Assembly (NCBI GenBank): GCA_973895155.1
Contig: OZ316896.1
Coordinates: 13,186,549 to 13,250,548, forward strand
Direction: 5' to 3'
DNA from: Marsupella aquatica
Lineage: Eukaryota > Plantae > Marchantiophyta
DNA length: 64,000 bases
A program made the position numbers and the translations under genes. Below are positions 34,930 through 48,340 of this stretch, piece after piece (the stretch's first letter is position 1; each line of letters begins with the position of its first letter). Below the pieces are notes generated by a model. It saw nothing but the letters and a program-made list of their open reading frames with translations. It was not told where the DNA came from and did not search any database.

Positions 34930-37371
34930 TTTACGCAGGGTTCTGAGGTTCCAAACTTAAACCTTCTTTCCAATTCGTCGTGACCGAGGGGCTAGTTTCG
35001 GATGTTGCACAGATTGGATCTGATTAGTCGGTGTACATTACTCGTAATCGGGTGGAAGGTAGATCCTGGGATTGCGAAAGATTTTTTCTGATTATCAACC
35101 TATCCGTGCAAAGATTAAGGGTCACAGGAACGGGACTGTCGACATTGACCTCCCTGGGCAGAGGCACTCCTGTTTTGACACTTGAATGAGGCATGTATAT
35201 TCAGGCTTTATTTATGTATCATAATTGAGTCAAAGACTCTTGATTATTTGGGAATATGGAGGAAAAGCAAAGTACCTGTCCCGAGGCAGGGAAGGATCGC
35301 ATCAGTACGTTAGAGCAGGAAGAGGATTCGGTGGATCAAGTATATCACGGATGTTCGACGGGCATAAGTTCCCGGTTTTTGTTCGTGAGTGTTCGTAAGT
35401 TCTCGCTTGAAGGTGCTTGAATCCCTCACTCAGGCGTGTGCTGCTTCTTGGATGCTTTGGACATCGCGAGAATGAGTGATTGTGCGCAAGGGAGCACACT
35501 GGGACTTCGACAATGATGAAAGAGACAGTAGTGTAGGAGATGAACGAGTGACAATGTTGTATGGAGTGGGTTAATATCATAGTGGATTAATGTCCATGAG
35601 ATCCACTCTGGTAGACCTGCACATGTTGCACCCCAGTTTTGATGACTGCAGTTTGGGTATTTTCCCCTCGCCCTTGTTACTAGAATAGAGGAAAGTAGAG
35701 GTAGGACATACGTAGAGGGGATATTGACAGGCAATAAGAGTTGAAGTTCTCAAGTCTACTAGGGACTGAAGAAGCGCTCTCTCAAAGATGACTCTTCCAA
35801 GGAAGCTCATTTGTATGGTTTCTCTTTGGACTAATAAATGAAACTTGTCCTTCAATTTGAGTACCGTGGCAGCTTCGTAATTTGTCTTTCGTGGTTGAAA
35901 GATCACGCGTGTCAATTGTTTTGCAGATTTTGGAGTTCAGGACTTTGACTGGTAAAGAGAGTGATTTCTTAGTCAGATGTCAACCAGGTAGGTCTCTCTC
36001 CCCCCTTCCTGAGTAGTCAGAGTTGGTGTATTGTGCCACACTTTCCCGATGACGCAATTTCGCATTAATTCGTTGCAATTGTTTGTTCACCTAAGGCTGT
36101 TTCTAATGCATCTAGCTTCTAGTAGGCTCTGTGGTGTTTGATGGTTTCACCAGCACTGAAATGATTCTGTCATGTACCAACGGGACAAATGTGCTGTGTC
36201 TGAACTTTCTGGGTGTATGTGAGCGGAAAAATGCTACGCACGCGTAATTCGGATCCTTGGGCCCGGTTGCTAATCACAAATTCAGATTTTCAAAATCCCT
36301 TCATACTTTTGAGAGTCGAATTGTTGAGCTGTTGCCGTACCCTCTCTTTAAATAACTAATCTCACCTGGCACACATGTTTGAGCAGATTTTTTTCAGTCT
36401 TGTCCATTAATAAGCTTGAAGTTCATCTTCTGTTGGGTAATTGAAGATAGTGTCTGGTTTACGAAGGACCCTGCGTTGGATTGGAATTGAATTTTGTTGG
36501 CTGAGGTTGTATTGTCCGGGTCCGGATGTGGATTTATATATGTCGGGTCTTCCTGACACATTCTTAGTGCCGCACAGCACCTTAGTCCTAGATTCGTATA
36601 TTATTCTGCATCGTAACCTACCCTTCACAGTGAACTGTTTTGGCTGATTACCAGAGTGGAATGATCTGTGGCAACCTGCATTGCCGTAACTATACACCTT
36701 TGATAACTTTTGACAGAGGCAACATATCGTTGGAGAGTCAACGAGAGTGCAAGCAGGGTTAGTGTATCATTCATGGTGCAACTCACAGGTGATCTGGAGA
36801 AGCGCCAAGATCAACCGGCTTAATCTACATTCAAGTCACTCAGTTCACATACGGTCCACTTTGTTGACTGGGTCCACTGTGACCCAGTCTAGCTTTTGGG
36901 CCCGACGCGTCCTTCAGAGTGGGCACATTGCCTCAGTTTGACATAACTCAGAAACTTGTCTAGCGCTAATATTGCCTTACGTTACCTTGAAAAGCCTTTG
37001 ATGTTCGGCCTGCCTTATGTTTCCGTCTTTGCATGAAAAATTGGATGCTTCTTTTCATCTAACGACATGCACAACACATCGCACATGGCGCAGCGAGACC
37101 AGTGCAATCGCATAAAGCCTTTGAATTTGAGCGACAGTTATGTCGGCCCAAGTTGGTGCAAGAACCCAGCAATAGAAATGAGGTGAGTCAAGGACATACC
37201 AACACACGGGGACAAGTGCTGGCCGTCAGAGGCTAGGATCATAGTGAGAGAATTCACTCACCTGGCAACTGTTGAAACCCATACAAACGTTTGGTTCTCA
37301 TGGTTGCCTTCTGGGCAGTTCCACTCTCAAGGACTGGGATGTTTCCAAGGGAGACAAAGAAATGCGAGTGT

Positions 37372-37815
37372 TCAAGATTACAGCCAGAGATCCTGCGCCC
37401 TATGACTCAAATGAGTCTTGAGCTTTTACAACAGGATCTAACGAACTGTATCTAATTTGTTGTTCTAGTTGCAGTGTTCGAGACTCGAGGGCTGGGACTA
37501 CAGTTAGCATCCAAGGTAGGAAACGAGATGCCAGTAGTCAACATCACAGCCAGAGATCCTACACCAAATGACTCAAAGGAGCTCTGAGCATTTACAACAG
37601 GATCTGACGAACTGTATCTAATTTGTTGTTCTAATTGTAGACTTTCGAGACTCGAGGGCGGGGACACAGTTAGCATCCGAGGTTTGCAACGAGATGCCAG
37701 TAGTCAAGATACAGCCAGAGATCCAGCAAATGCCTCGAATGAGCTGAGCATTTGCAGCAGCACGAGACGAACTGTATCTAATTCGTTGTTCTCACTGTAG
37801 ACTTTCCAGACTCTC
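37372..37815. repeat. ~166-bp tandem repeat, about 2.7 copies
   Basis: CAGCCAGAGATCC at 37381, 37547 and 37712, each followed by ACGAACTGTATCTAATT.GTTGTTCT. Confidence 0.9.
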
Positions 37816-39247
37816 CCACTGCTAGCTTTATCCAAGCACTGAAAGACACTGGGAGTCTGAACAGATGGGAATGAGGAATTGGATGAGACACTGACGGAGA
37901 AGACCCTCTTACGTACGACCCGACTTTGCGAAATCCTCAACCGAGAAGCTAGGAGGTATTTTTTACTGGGCAAAAGCTTACGTGTCGAACACAAGATTTT
38001 ACGCCGGTCACCATTCCATCAATTCACCTATTTGTTGAAAGACTTTCCAGATGTCACACTCGATTCAAGTTTGCTGCGCTCTGTGGAATGAAAAACTGAT
38101 TGCACAATGTAGACCACAACGTTTAGAACTTGCATTAACTCTCGTCTACTAGTTCAATTTACACTAACCACAAAGCAAATTTCTGCGAGGGGTGCAGTAT
38201 TTTGGCTTCCCTGTTCCCTGCACTTCATTGTAAGCTTTTTAAGGCACTATTGATCAGCCCGGAAGGACTTGAGGACACGAGAAGCGAGTGAAGGCTCTGT
38301 TGTCCATCCACTCCCATTACACAGTGGAGGATTGCCCTGAAGTACAAACGGCTCACATCTTGCCAAACATTCTTGCCCCAAATTCCACACTTCTTGTCCA
38401 ACATTCTTGCTGCTTAAAAGGCCACAGGGAGTTATTCGGAAAACCTTGCAGCGTCTAGGAGTTTACCTCTGAAGGGATTGGGCCAGGCTTAAAACCAGGA
38501 TTCGAAATGGGAAGATCACATACGGTGAAGCTCACCACGAGATGTCAATGGCCTTCGGGACTTGGGATGGACTCTGGCAAATTCACGAAGATCTGCTCCA
38601 AGTTCAGCCAGTCCCACCCCGTCCACCATAAGACTTTCTCTTCCTCAGGTTTTGAGGCTGTGCTACTTCTAGACTGATAGGTTCTTTCTTATGACGGACC
38701 CACTGTATGGGACCCTGCCGGTCCCAGACCACTGGCCGGTCTTTGGGAGTGTGCTACTCTTGCCGTAGTCTCCAAATTGCTTGTTTGGTTTGTCTCTTTA
38801 GAGACCCAGTCTCTCACCTGGTTCCGGCATGTCGACCTCTGGTCCCCTTGGGTTGGTGTCTCTTTTGAGGCCCCCATTTTTGTATGCTGACTAAATGAAT
38901 GGAATTCTTTGGTTTTTTCGAGGCAAAAAAAAAAGGCCAAGCTCTTTTAGGGCTGCTGAGACACAGCCCTTCCATCTTTCCTGGTCAGATTCTATCCTTC
39001 ATTGTGACTTCTGTTCCAGTGGGCGTAGGAATTCTGATCCTTTCCCCCTTTTAAGGAACAAGTCATTGAAGAATGACAATTGCCAAGCTTCTGATCCCTT
39101 GCCTTGCAACAGGCAACTACTTGAGACTACATACCTTGTAGTCAAGTCTGATAATTATCAACGTTGGGACTTGGGGACAAGAAAATCTCTCAGTTGACAT
39201 TGGGCAAGTGTGTAGAAAACCACAATATGATTTAGATCCGGCAAGTG

Positions 39248-39543
39248 TGTAGAAAACCAGAATATGATTTAGATCCCTTGCTTAGACCTTCAACAGAAGA
39301 TCGTTAAATACATAAGAGAGGTGACATAGCACTGGATAGGACAGCGGGAAGCCCATGACGTGACACATTCAATAGGGAGCACAGAAAAGTAAATGCAAGA
39401 GGACATAAGTGCCACTAGGATAAAAGGCACACTGATAAATGACTGCTAATTTAATCCTAGAGGGCAGCTAGAATGGCAGCAAGATCCAAGGGAGAAGATG
39501 ACAATAGCTGACATACTATTGGTCTAGTGTAGATATTTCAACA
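39248..39543 (-). repeat. 3' LTR of copia element
   Basis: TGTAGAAAACC...TTTCAACA, a diverged direct repeat of 44826-45108. Adjacent to the PPT (CCTCCTCTT on +). Confidence 0.93.
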
Positions 39544-39673
39544 CCTCCTCTTGACCTTGGATTTCTTGACCATTGAATTAACAAACGGTTCTATACAAGT
39601 GTCTATACAAGTACTGAGCATATCTAATCCCAATCAGAGTCAAGGAGCTTCACAGTCATTGAGTAAAGTGCTG

Positions 39674-40160
39674 ATGGCGGACAGAGTTGGGAGTCTGCAT
39701 GACTCTATTATCCACCTTTGCCTAGCCTTGATGGGTTTCTTCACAGCTATAATGCAGTATTTGCATGAATTGCTTAGTCGTGACGCAGTCCCACCGGATG
39801 AAGGAGCGGCCATAGCCATGGATATTCCTTGGAATAGAGAGGAAGCTGGTCCTTCGATGGTTCTATGAAAGGGGGAGGTGCATGCATATTCGACTTTGAG
39901 AGATATGGCGCTAGTGGAAGAACCAGAAATTGAGCGTCCCAGTGATCCAATTGTGAGACGAGTTGGTATGCTGTTGTTTGCCTTTGAAGATCCCCCTCGT
40001 AGGTACTATGCAGTAGCGCGAGGTCGACGAATGGGAATTTCTATGTCTTGGGAAGAAGTTGAGCCTCTCATAGTAGGTTTCAAAGGAAATAGACATGTCC
40101 TTCAAAACTATAAGAGAGGCAATGACGTATCTAGCCCGAAAGACTGTTAGAGATCGTTGA
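39674..40160 (+). pseudogene. Extra antisense ORF of the copia element: hydrophobic N-terminal helix plus RNase H1 N-terminal hybrid-binding (Cauli_VI-like) domain
   Basis: ORFs 39551-39868 and 39878-40150 share one frame, separated by a single TGA. YYAVARGRRMGISMSWEEVEPLIVGFKGNRH continues after a frameshift at ~40097 as SFKTIREAMTYL, matching the HBD consensus YYAV..G...G.Y..W.E....V.G......KKF.T..EA..YL. AATAAA at 40230. Confidence 0.75.
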
Positions 40161-40330
40161 GATGAGTTTAGCTTCCATTTTTCTAAGGTTCCAAGCTTGC
40201 CTCTTGATGATGTATACAGATTACAATTGAATAAAAAAGTTATTTCTGTTCTATTTGAGAAATTGACTTGAGTCCTATTGTGTCTTTGTGATGCTTGAAT
40301 TTGGTTTTTGGGAGTACCTTGGTGAAGATG

Positions 40331-43300
40331 TCAGCTGACTGATCTTCTGAGGGGATGTGATGTATGGACACCTCTCCTCCAAGTACTCTCTCTCTCTCTT
40401 ACAAAATGATGGTGGATCTCAAGATGCATTGTTCTTGCATGGAATACCGGATTCTTGGCAAGCTTGAGTGCGCTAATGTTGTCACAGTGAATATTCAGAT
40501 CTTGGAGAGTAGGAGCAGCACCCGTTGTCACATCTGATTCGATCTAGGAGTTAATTGTGCTGTTGGAAGAGAACTTGTGCAAAGTTCCTCCATTAATCGT
40601 TTGAGGTAAACCCCTCTTGAGCGCAATCGGACAGAGCTTTATATTCAGCCTCTATGGAGGAGCGTGAGACAGTTGGTTGTCATTTAGAGCTCCACGATAT
40701 AGGGGCGCCGAAGAGAGTATAAAGGTGACCTCCCGTAGAGCATCGAGTATCGGGGCAGGCATTTCCCCAGTCTCTTTACTTGGTGAAGCCAAGGAGCAAT
40801 AATGATGAATCTCTATGAAAAAAATTCCAAAGTTGACTGTTGAGTTGAGGTATCTAACTATATGCATAGCGGAATCTAGATGAAGTTGTTGAGGTGAGCC
40901 ATGAATCAACTTATAAGGCTCACTACAAAAGATATGTCAGGATGAGTGTGTGTTAGATATATGAGCTTTCCTACGAGTTTAGAGTAGGATGTGGAATCTA
41001 CATCATCGGTTCCTGTTTTGGCTAAGAGAGTAAGTCCCTCTGGAAGTGGAGTGTGAACGAGACGAGATCCTTGCATTCCATAGTCTGAGACAATGGTCTG
41101 AGTATAAGGTGTTTGGTGGAGCAGGATGCCCGTACGAGAGGGCAGAAAATCAACCCCAAGATACCGTCGAATGGCCCCAAATCTTTCATCTCATATTTTT
41201 CCCAGAGCTGAGCTTTGATGGAGTCGATAAGAGAGGCACTACTGCCGATAAGGAGTAACTAAGTCATCCACAAAGAGAAGTATAAACACCAAATCTGTTC
41301 CTTGTTGCATAAAATAGAGATTTGGATCTAGTTGACTTCATTGACACCCGATGGATTGAAAAAATGTGTTGATTTCATTGTACCAGTTGCAGGGACTTTG
41401 CTTGAGTCCGTAGATAGAACGTCAAAGTCTGTAGACAAAATGTTCTTGTCCAGGTGATTGAGTGGAACTCGGGCGGTTGAAGCATGAATATGAGTTCTTT
41501 AAGGGTGCCATTAAGAAAAGCAATGACTACATCCATATGCGAGATTTGCCACCCAAGTGCAGCGGCAATGGCTACAATTAGCCTTACTGTAGGCCACCAA
41601 ACAACGGGAGCAAACGCTTTGTCGCAGTCAAGCCCTTCACGTTGTTCATTTCCCCTAGCAACAACGTGAGCCTTAAACTTGGTGTTGCCTTTGTCTCAGT
41701 GCCCATTTGGCAGAGAGGGCTTTTTCACCGGGCATCAATGGGACTAGATCCCAAGTGTGGTTTCGGTTATGTGAGTCCATCTCGGAAGCCATTGCAGAGT
41801 GCCAACACAGGTCACTAAGAGCATCATCAAGACAAATATTGTTGCTGGTGTCTGCCAAGAATGGAGTGTCCGGGATGGGATCCAAAGCGGCCAGGTGATT
41901 GTAGAAGTCAATGTGCTTGTAAGGGTGAGAGCGCAATCAAGTTGATAAGCGAGTTGGCTGTAGTGGACGAGCTCTTCGAATAATACGTGGGCAAAGCTCG
42001 GATTGGGACGGCCCATGATCTTGAGCAGAATCGAGAGCAAAATCAGACTGAATACCTGGTAGTTGTGTTGAGGCTGGTTGTGCTGGTAGTAGCTGCTGGT
42101 ACTCCTCGTAAGTATCAGAGGTCAATGGTTCAAGTGGATCAAATGACACTAGTAACTGACTTGATAAGTTTTTGAGTTGAACGAAGAGATTATCCTCCGG
42201 GGGGAATATATCTAAAATGGTCGTAGGAGGAGTGGTGTGATCAGCACTAAAGTCACCCACAATTGACTCGTCTACAACTACATCACAAGTTATCAATATA
42301 CGGTTAGAAGTAGGGTCAAAGCATCTATGAGCTTTGCTTTGGTCGTTGTACCCAATCAGAACTACTCTAATAGTCTTAGATTGAAGCTTGTTTTGCATAT
42401 CTTTTGGGACATGAAGATATGCTCAACTACCAATGATACAAAAATGATTGACGTCAGGCTTAACACCAGTAAGACTAAATAATGGAGTGCATGAGTTTAG
42501 GGCCCCGGTGCTACACTTATTGTTAATATGGTTTGATGTTCGAACCATTTCTTCCCAGAAGGTGCAGGGAAGTCTACACCCAGGGTGAGAGTACGTACTA
42601 TTCTATTAAAGTACATTTTTCACTTAAATGCAACTCCGTTCTGGTGAGGTGTCCTCGCAGTAGTGAGTTGTCTGTCGATACCTTCAGCCCGGCAAAAATT
42701 GAGAAATTCATCTGAGAGGAATTCTCCTCCTCTGTCACTTCGTAGGCATGAGATAGAAGTGGATAGAGATTTTTTTGACCCGATGCTTGAATGACTTGAA
42801 GTGCTCACATGTTTCCTCTTTTGCTTCAGAAAATATGTCCAGCTATACCTGGAAAAATTGTCTGTAATCTGAGTCATGATGTCTCGTGAACCTGTGAGTG
42901 ACGGGATTGGAAGTGGCCCACATAAATCAGTGTGGATTAATTGGAGAGGCCTAGATGATCGAGTAGAGACAGCCTTTGGAATCTTGTTCCTGGTCTGCTT
43001 AGCCTGAACACAGGTCTCACATATTTTGTGACTGATTGGAAGAATCGGTGCTCCAGTGATCAGATGATTTCTGGTCATAAAGTTGAGCCGTTGATGGATG
43101 GTGTGACCAAGACACATGTGCCATAGCTTATGCTGAGATCATCCAACTGGTTCAACAATGTGGTGCCAGGTTGAGATGGGACCTAGATGAGGGAGTATCT
43201 TCCTTGTAGAGCTAATTATCGGCAAAAAACTAGATTCTAGAGAGATTGGATATAGCTTATTCCCCAAATTACGAGTGCCAGTAAAATGAAGTCTATGAGG

Positions 43301-44740
43301 GCTTTTGCTATCAAATACATAGCAATACTTGGAGTTAAATAACACCATGTGACCTTGGTTGGCTAATTTGCCTATCGAAAGTCAATTGCGAGTAACACTT
43401 GGCACATACAAAACATCAAAAATAGTTTTATTGCTAGTGAGTTTGATACTGTATCTTGTGCCGACAATTGGCATTTTTGTACCATTTGCGGACAACACGC
43501 TTGTAATTGAGGACTAACTCGTAATATGAGAGAACTTGTCTCTATTGTTGCTGATGTGAGACGATGCACCAAAGTCCAATACCCAAGATTCATTGTTCCC
43601 ATTACTGGGGGACTGAGCTTTGAAAGCAGACATGAGTGCTTCAACTGTGAACGCTAGAGAGCTTGATTTGCCACTTTTGGAATGATCCTGATCTTCCTCC
43701 TCAACAATGTAAGTCTTTGGATTAAGATGTTTGATGTCCTTGATCCATGACTGGAGATCCTTGAGCTGATTCAAATTCATGGACTTCATTCCTGATTCGG
43801 CATTCTTGATATAGCATTGAGGTTCTAAGTGGCCTTGTCGGTTGTAGTAGTTGCAAGTGTCTCATCGATCGGCTCCCCTTCCTTGGTAGTTGAATCGGCC
43901 AGGGGGACCAAAATGACCTCATCCTCTGGTGCGCCCTCCTCTACATCGTGGTTCATCTTGTCCGCCTCTGAACTGGTCACTTGGGCGGAAAGGAGTGGCA
44001 GCAACAAGAGAGTGCTCGTGGATCCTGAGATGGTGCTGCCTCCTTTTGTACTCAGCTTGGAGTTTTTCTTTGAACTTGGTGAAGGTGGCATCTGAATTAT
44101 CCTCAGTCATCAATGCATAAGATGTAGAAATTGAGACCAAGACTCAGGCATATTTCTAAACACTATTTGAATAAGCTCTGGATTGGATATATCTTCTCCG
44201 ATGTTACCGAGGTCCATCATCATTTTTTCTATCTTTTTAAGGTAGTCTTCCATAGAATCGTTGTAAGTATACTTGAGAAACCAAAGATAGTTTTTTTGGC
44301 CTATTTTCCTCTGAAGCATAGGTGCCTGTAATCTATGTTTTAGTGCTGCCTATAGAACAGATGGAGGATCACGGACCATGAAACTTTCTGATAAGCGGTA
44401 TCATGGAAGAACAAGAAGTAGCAGTAATGATAATAATTACCCTATCATACTTCTCTTGAAGATCGAGAGAAACTACAGTTCCTCCTGCAGATGCTGATGT
44501 TGATGATGTGGAAGTCGTGGCTCCAGATGATGTTGAGGATTGCTGTTGGGCTGCACTCGTAATGTTTGTGGAGACTGAAGTTGCTCCATTGGTTGGTGTT
44601 GGCTTGACAATATCCCATAGCTTCTTCTGATGGAGAACTTGTTCAACCTTGAAGGCCCATGTGGGATAGGTTGAGCCTCCAGAGAGCTTCTCGTCATGAG
44701 TGAAAGTGATCTTGGCTGAGTCAAGTCCCTTCATCGACAT
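40331..44740 (-). pseudogene. Copia gag-pol polyprotein, many stops and frameshifts
   Basis: gag KLSGGSTYPTWAFKVEQVLHQKKLWDIV; protease WVLDFGASSH; integrase CETCVQAKQ, LQLIHTDLCGP, LRSDRGGEF, TPHQNGVA, LIGY; RT AMASEMDSHNRNHTWDLVPL; RNase [32 protein letters not shown]. Confidence 0.95.
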
Positions 44741-44825
44741 AATGGAAGTCTGAGACTTAGCAAAAGTCTGAGAGTGAGCGGAAGTCTGATAATGGAGGGA
44801 TTCCCAAAGCTGAGCTCTGATACCA

Positions 44826-45108
44826 TGTAGAAAACCAGAATATGATTTAGATCCCTTGCTTAGACCTTCAACAGAAGACCATTAAATACATAAGAGAGGT
44901 GACACAGCACCAGATACGACAACGGGAAGCCCGTGACGTGACACAATAGGGAGCACAGAAAAAGTAAACGCAAGAGGACATAAGTGCCACTAAGCACACT
45001 AATAAATGACTGCTAATTTAATCCTAGAGGGCAGCTAGAATGGCAGCGAGATCCAAGGGAGAAGTCGACAATAGCTGACAAACTAGCTATAAGGTAGATA
45101 TTTCAACA
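44826..45108 (-). repeat. 5' LTR of copia element
   Basis: Abuts the PBS (GCTCTGATACCA on +). Runs TG...CA and is followed by the TSD AAGTG. Confidence 0.93.
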
Positions 45109-47306
45109 AAGTGTTGCTTTAGACAAGCATTTGACAAAATTTGATTTCAAGAGATTCAATTGACGTGAAGAATCAATGTTGCCTAGCATGGGAGCACCTA
45201 CCTCACTGAAACCTTAGGGAATGCACTTCTCTAAGTATAGACATATGGTTGATAAATGGCGACAAAGGACACAAACTAGGGGAGTCTGGCAGTTAATCCC
45301 CAATTGCATCCCATTCATGCTCCCTCAAATTGCCTATTATGAACAAGTCACATTTGCACATCTGAGGAGTCTGTATAGTCAATTAGGATGGAAAGCAAAT
45401 AGTAAAGTGGCCTCACTCCTGTTATTTAGGTTGAATTCCTATTATCTGAGCTGGACTATGGTGCTGCTAATGTACAGTACATCTACCAGAGAAATTGGGA
45501 ACGCAACAAGGGGAAGACTCAACAAGGGACACACAGTTTGTTAGAGAAATGCACAAGAAGTGCTCTCTCTGCACATGGAGAGTATGCTATACTAGGCTAT
45601 TCCAACCCATACTCACTTGATGGGTTGAAATAGACTTTGAGTAAGATATGAACAAATTATTGACTGAACCAAGTGAAGTCCTAGCAATGGAACCTGGCTG
45701 CATGTGTGTATTGAAGGGTAGGGTCATCCAGGATATTATGGCCAGATTTTCAAATAGACAGGGAAATTATGGGGCATGGATGGTACAACATACAGCATGA
45801 GGGATGATAGAGGACTTTGAGCGACAGTTGAGGAGGGAGAGAGGAAGATTAGTTCAGCCTTCTTGTGACCAAAACACTCTTTGGCCTTGGGCCTAGTACA
45901 ATCCTTTCTTTAGTTTCATTATTAGTCCAAGGTGAATTCCAAGGAAAATGGTCATGAGCAGGCTCAATCTTTGTACCAATAAGAGTAGGGAAGTAGATGA
46001 TGCATGGTGTTCCTCTTGGAGACCCCATTATAACAACCATTGCTAAGGTACACTATGTAAGTTCTGCCCAAACTTGATAGGGACCCATTTGTTGTAGCCC
46101 AACTTGGCAGGGCCCTAAAATACAACACCCTCCCTTTTCTAATAGACGTAGTTGCTCCCAACTAGCTGTAGAACTCCAGGCGGCGGGGAAGAAGAAGGTG
46201 TGTAAGCTGGATTGTGTGCAAGGTTATCTTTTATATTTACAGGTGTGGTGCATTCCCACTAAGAGGCAATTGTGCATTTCTACCAAAAGACAAAATAATA
46301 TAGATAATTAGAATCTAATGGTGCCTAGTATAACATGTAATCTCTACTATTAACCATGGGACACTTTACTGTGGAAGGGATGTAACTCATGTGCTTGGGG
46401 TCTATTCATGGGATCTGTTTCATGGTCATAACAGTGGGCACCAAAGGATCTTGATGTGCAAAGCAATGAGCAAGACTCCTGGGCATGATTGTGTATTCAG
46501 CTCCAAAGAGCTTTAAATGCAAAGACTAACAGTAAACAACCAAAATTCCTCTACAAGCTGTCCAAATTACAAAGGATCCTTAAATAAGGTGACTAAATAC
46601 AAAATTAACTACAGCTCCTAACTCTGTGGTTTCCCACTGCCAGGCAAACTATTTGATGTTTGTTGGTTCTCATTTGCCAGTTTCCTACCACGCCATTGGG
46701 TCCTTTGGTGGCAATCTGATAGTTTTCTTAAATCTAGGGAGATCCAATAGCCAGGAATTAATATATTAAGCAGATCGTACCTAACACAAGGTATCATTTG
46801 CCACACTGGCAAATTCTATAAATAGTAAAGATTACCCTGAGCAGTGTTCCATCACTACTCCATGACAATGGCCATTGAGAGGAAAGCACATTATTTGCAA
46901 CAACAAAATAGTGCCACACAAATTCCTGCATATGAGAACTCAAGTCATCAGAGTTTTAATCTATACTAAAATTCATGATCAAAGTGTACTGTCTACAATC
47001 ACCTACTCTGCACACCAAGCCCGTAGGCCATGATTTTGCTCGTAGCAGAAATTATTTGACATTTAGACTATGCTTGTGAGTAATGAGGGGCATGGAATGT
47101 CTCAAGTACAAAGAGCCCTCCCTATGCATCCGCTATGCATAAGCCCTGGTATTTGGGCTAGTAAAACTGCATCAAGCAATATTCTGCATAGAGAAAATCT
47201 AACTGGCAAATGAGACCCGTTCTTTCTTTCTCATGGTCTGTTTACAAAATGTTATTATGACAGGGTGTCTTCCTGGCAGCTCACATATGGTAACATTTTT
47301 ACTAGC

Positions 47307-47810
47307 CATGAGATGGGCCTAAAGGTACCATTGTGTACTTTTTCCACGCGCAACTTGGCTGTGACTCTCCCCATAACTCCCAGGCTCCTTGAAATCCAGT
47401 TGTCAGGGTGACTCCCCGCAACGTCCAACTTTCTTGCGATCTCATTTATGCTTGCTACACTTCCACTCAGCCTCATGCCGTATTGACAATATCGTGCCCT
47501 GGGCTAGTCTAAACACTACAATACGCAGTCATGCCCTTTTTTGTGATCTTGCTGGCAAAAGGTTATTACAGTGGAAATCTTCCCTAGCAGCTGGATTGTG
47601 GTAAAGTTTGTCCTGACCATGAGATTCACCTAAAGCTGTCATTGTGCAACCTATCACTCTCCCATAGCTCGCACACTCCTTGAAATCCATGTACCAGGCT
47701 GTGCCAACTCTCCACTGTGTCCAACTACAGTACTTGGCATCTCACTTAAGCTCCACAAAACACTTCCACTCAACATCACTTATAAAAACATGGCCATTGG
47801 GCTAATCAAC
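47307..47810. repeat. Diverged ~310-bp direct duplication
   Basis: The blocks CCATGAGAT, ACTCTCCCATA.CTC....CTCCTTGAAATCCA, GTCCAACT and ACACTTCCACTCA recur about 300-310 bp apart. Confidence 0.65.
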
Positions 47811-48025
47811 ACTATAATATTAGATCCCTCTCCTTCCTGGTGATGTATGGCTACAAACTGTCATCTGGTTGGGGAAGAAATCATGGTCATTTGCCAAAAA
47901 AGAAAAGTTTTCATCACCGTTAGATTGGCCAAAAGCACCTCCCGCCTCGCCCTCGCTGCGTTGGGCTCCTGCTCCATAATATCTTAGGGCTGGTATAAAG
48001 GCTAGTAAAATTGCACCAAGCAAAT

Positions 48026-48191
48026 CCATGCATATCAGCTCCTCATTTCAATACTCGTGATATCTTAGCTGCACGAGTGGAGAACTGTAGAATGTGCTTT
48101 GCTCTCCATGGATATCAGCTCATCATTCAATACTCATGATATCTTAGCTGCACGAGTGGAACACTGTAGAATACTAGAATGTGCTTTGCTC
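48026..48191. repeat. ~80-bp tandem duplication upstream of the exonuclease gene
   Basis: CCATG.ATATCAGCTC...GATATCTTAGCTGCACGAGTGGA...TAGAATGTGCTTTGCTCT occurs twice. Confidence 0.85.
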
Positions 48192-48340
48192 TGCTGAGGT
48201 TTTAGTCTACAGTAGTAGGAACAAGAAAATCAGAGCCGACCGACGAGGCTTTGCTTCCAGCCAACAAGTGTGGAGAGGAGCAGAATTGCGACTCTGTTAT
48301 CATTTCGGTGCACCTAGTATTGTAGTGGTCGTTGTTGGAG

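Larger units (their letters stand above)
39248..45108 (-). mobile_element. Full-length degenerate Ty1/copia LTR retrotransposon
   Basis: Both LTRs run TG...CA (39248-39543, 44826-45108). 5-bp TSD AAGTG at 39243-39247 and 45109-45113. PBS TGGTATCAGAGC (tRNA-iMet) on the minus strand at 44814-44825. Polypurine tract next to 39543. Domain order is gag-PR-INT-RT-RH. Confidence 0.96.

Noticed and set aside
37372-37815. Regularly spaced repeats as a CRISPR-like array (also 59570-59740 and 60100-61580)
   Set aside because: Whole units are homologous with no unique spacers, the context is eukaryotic, and there are no cas genes.
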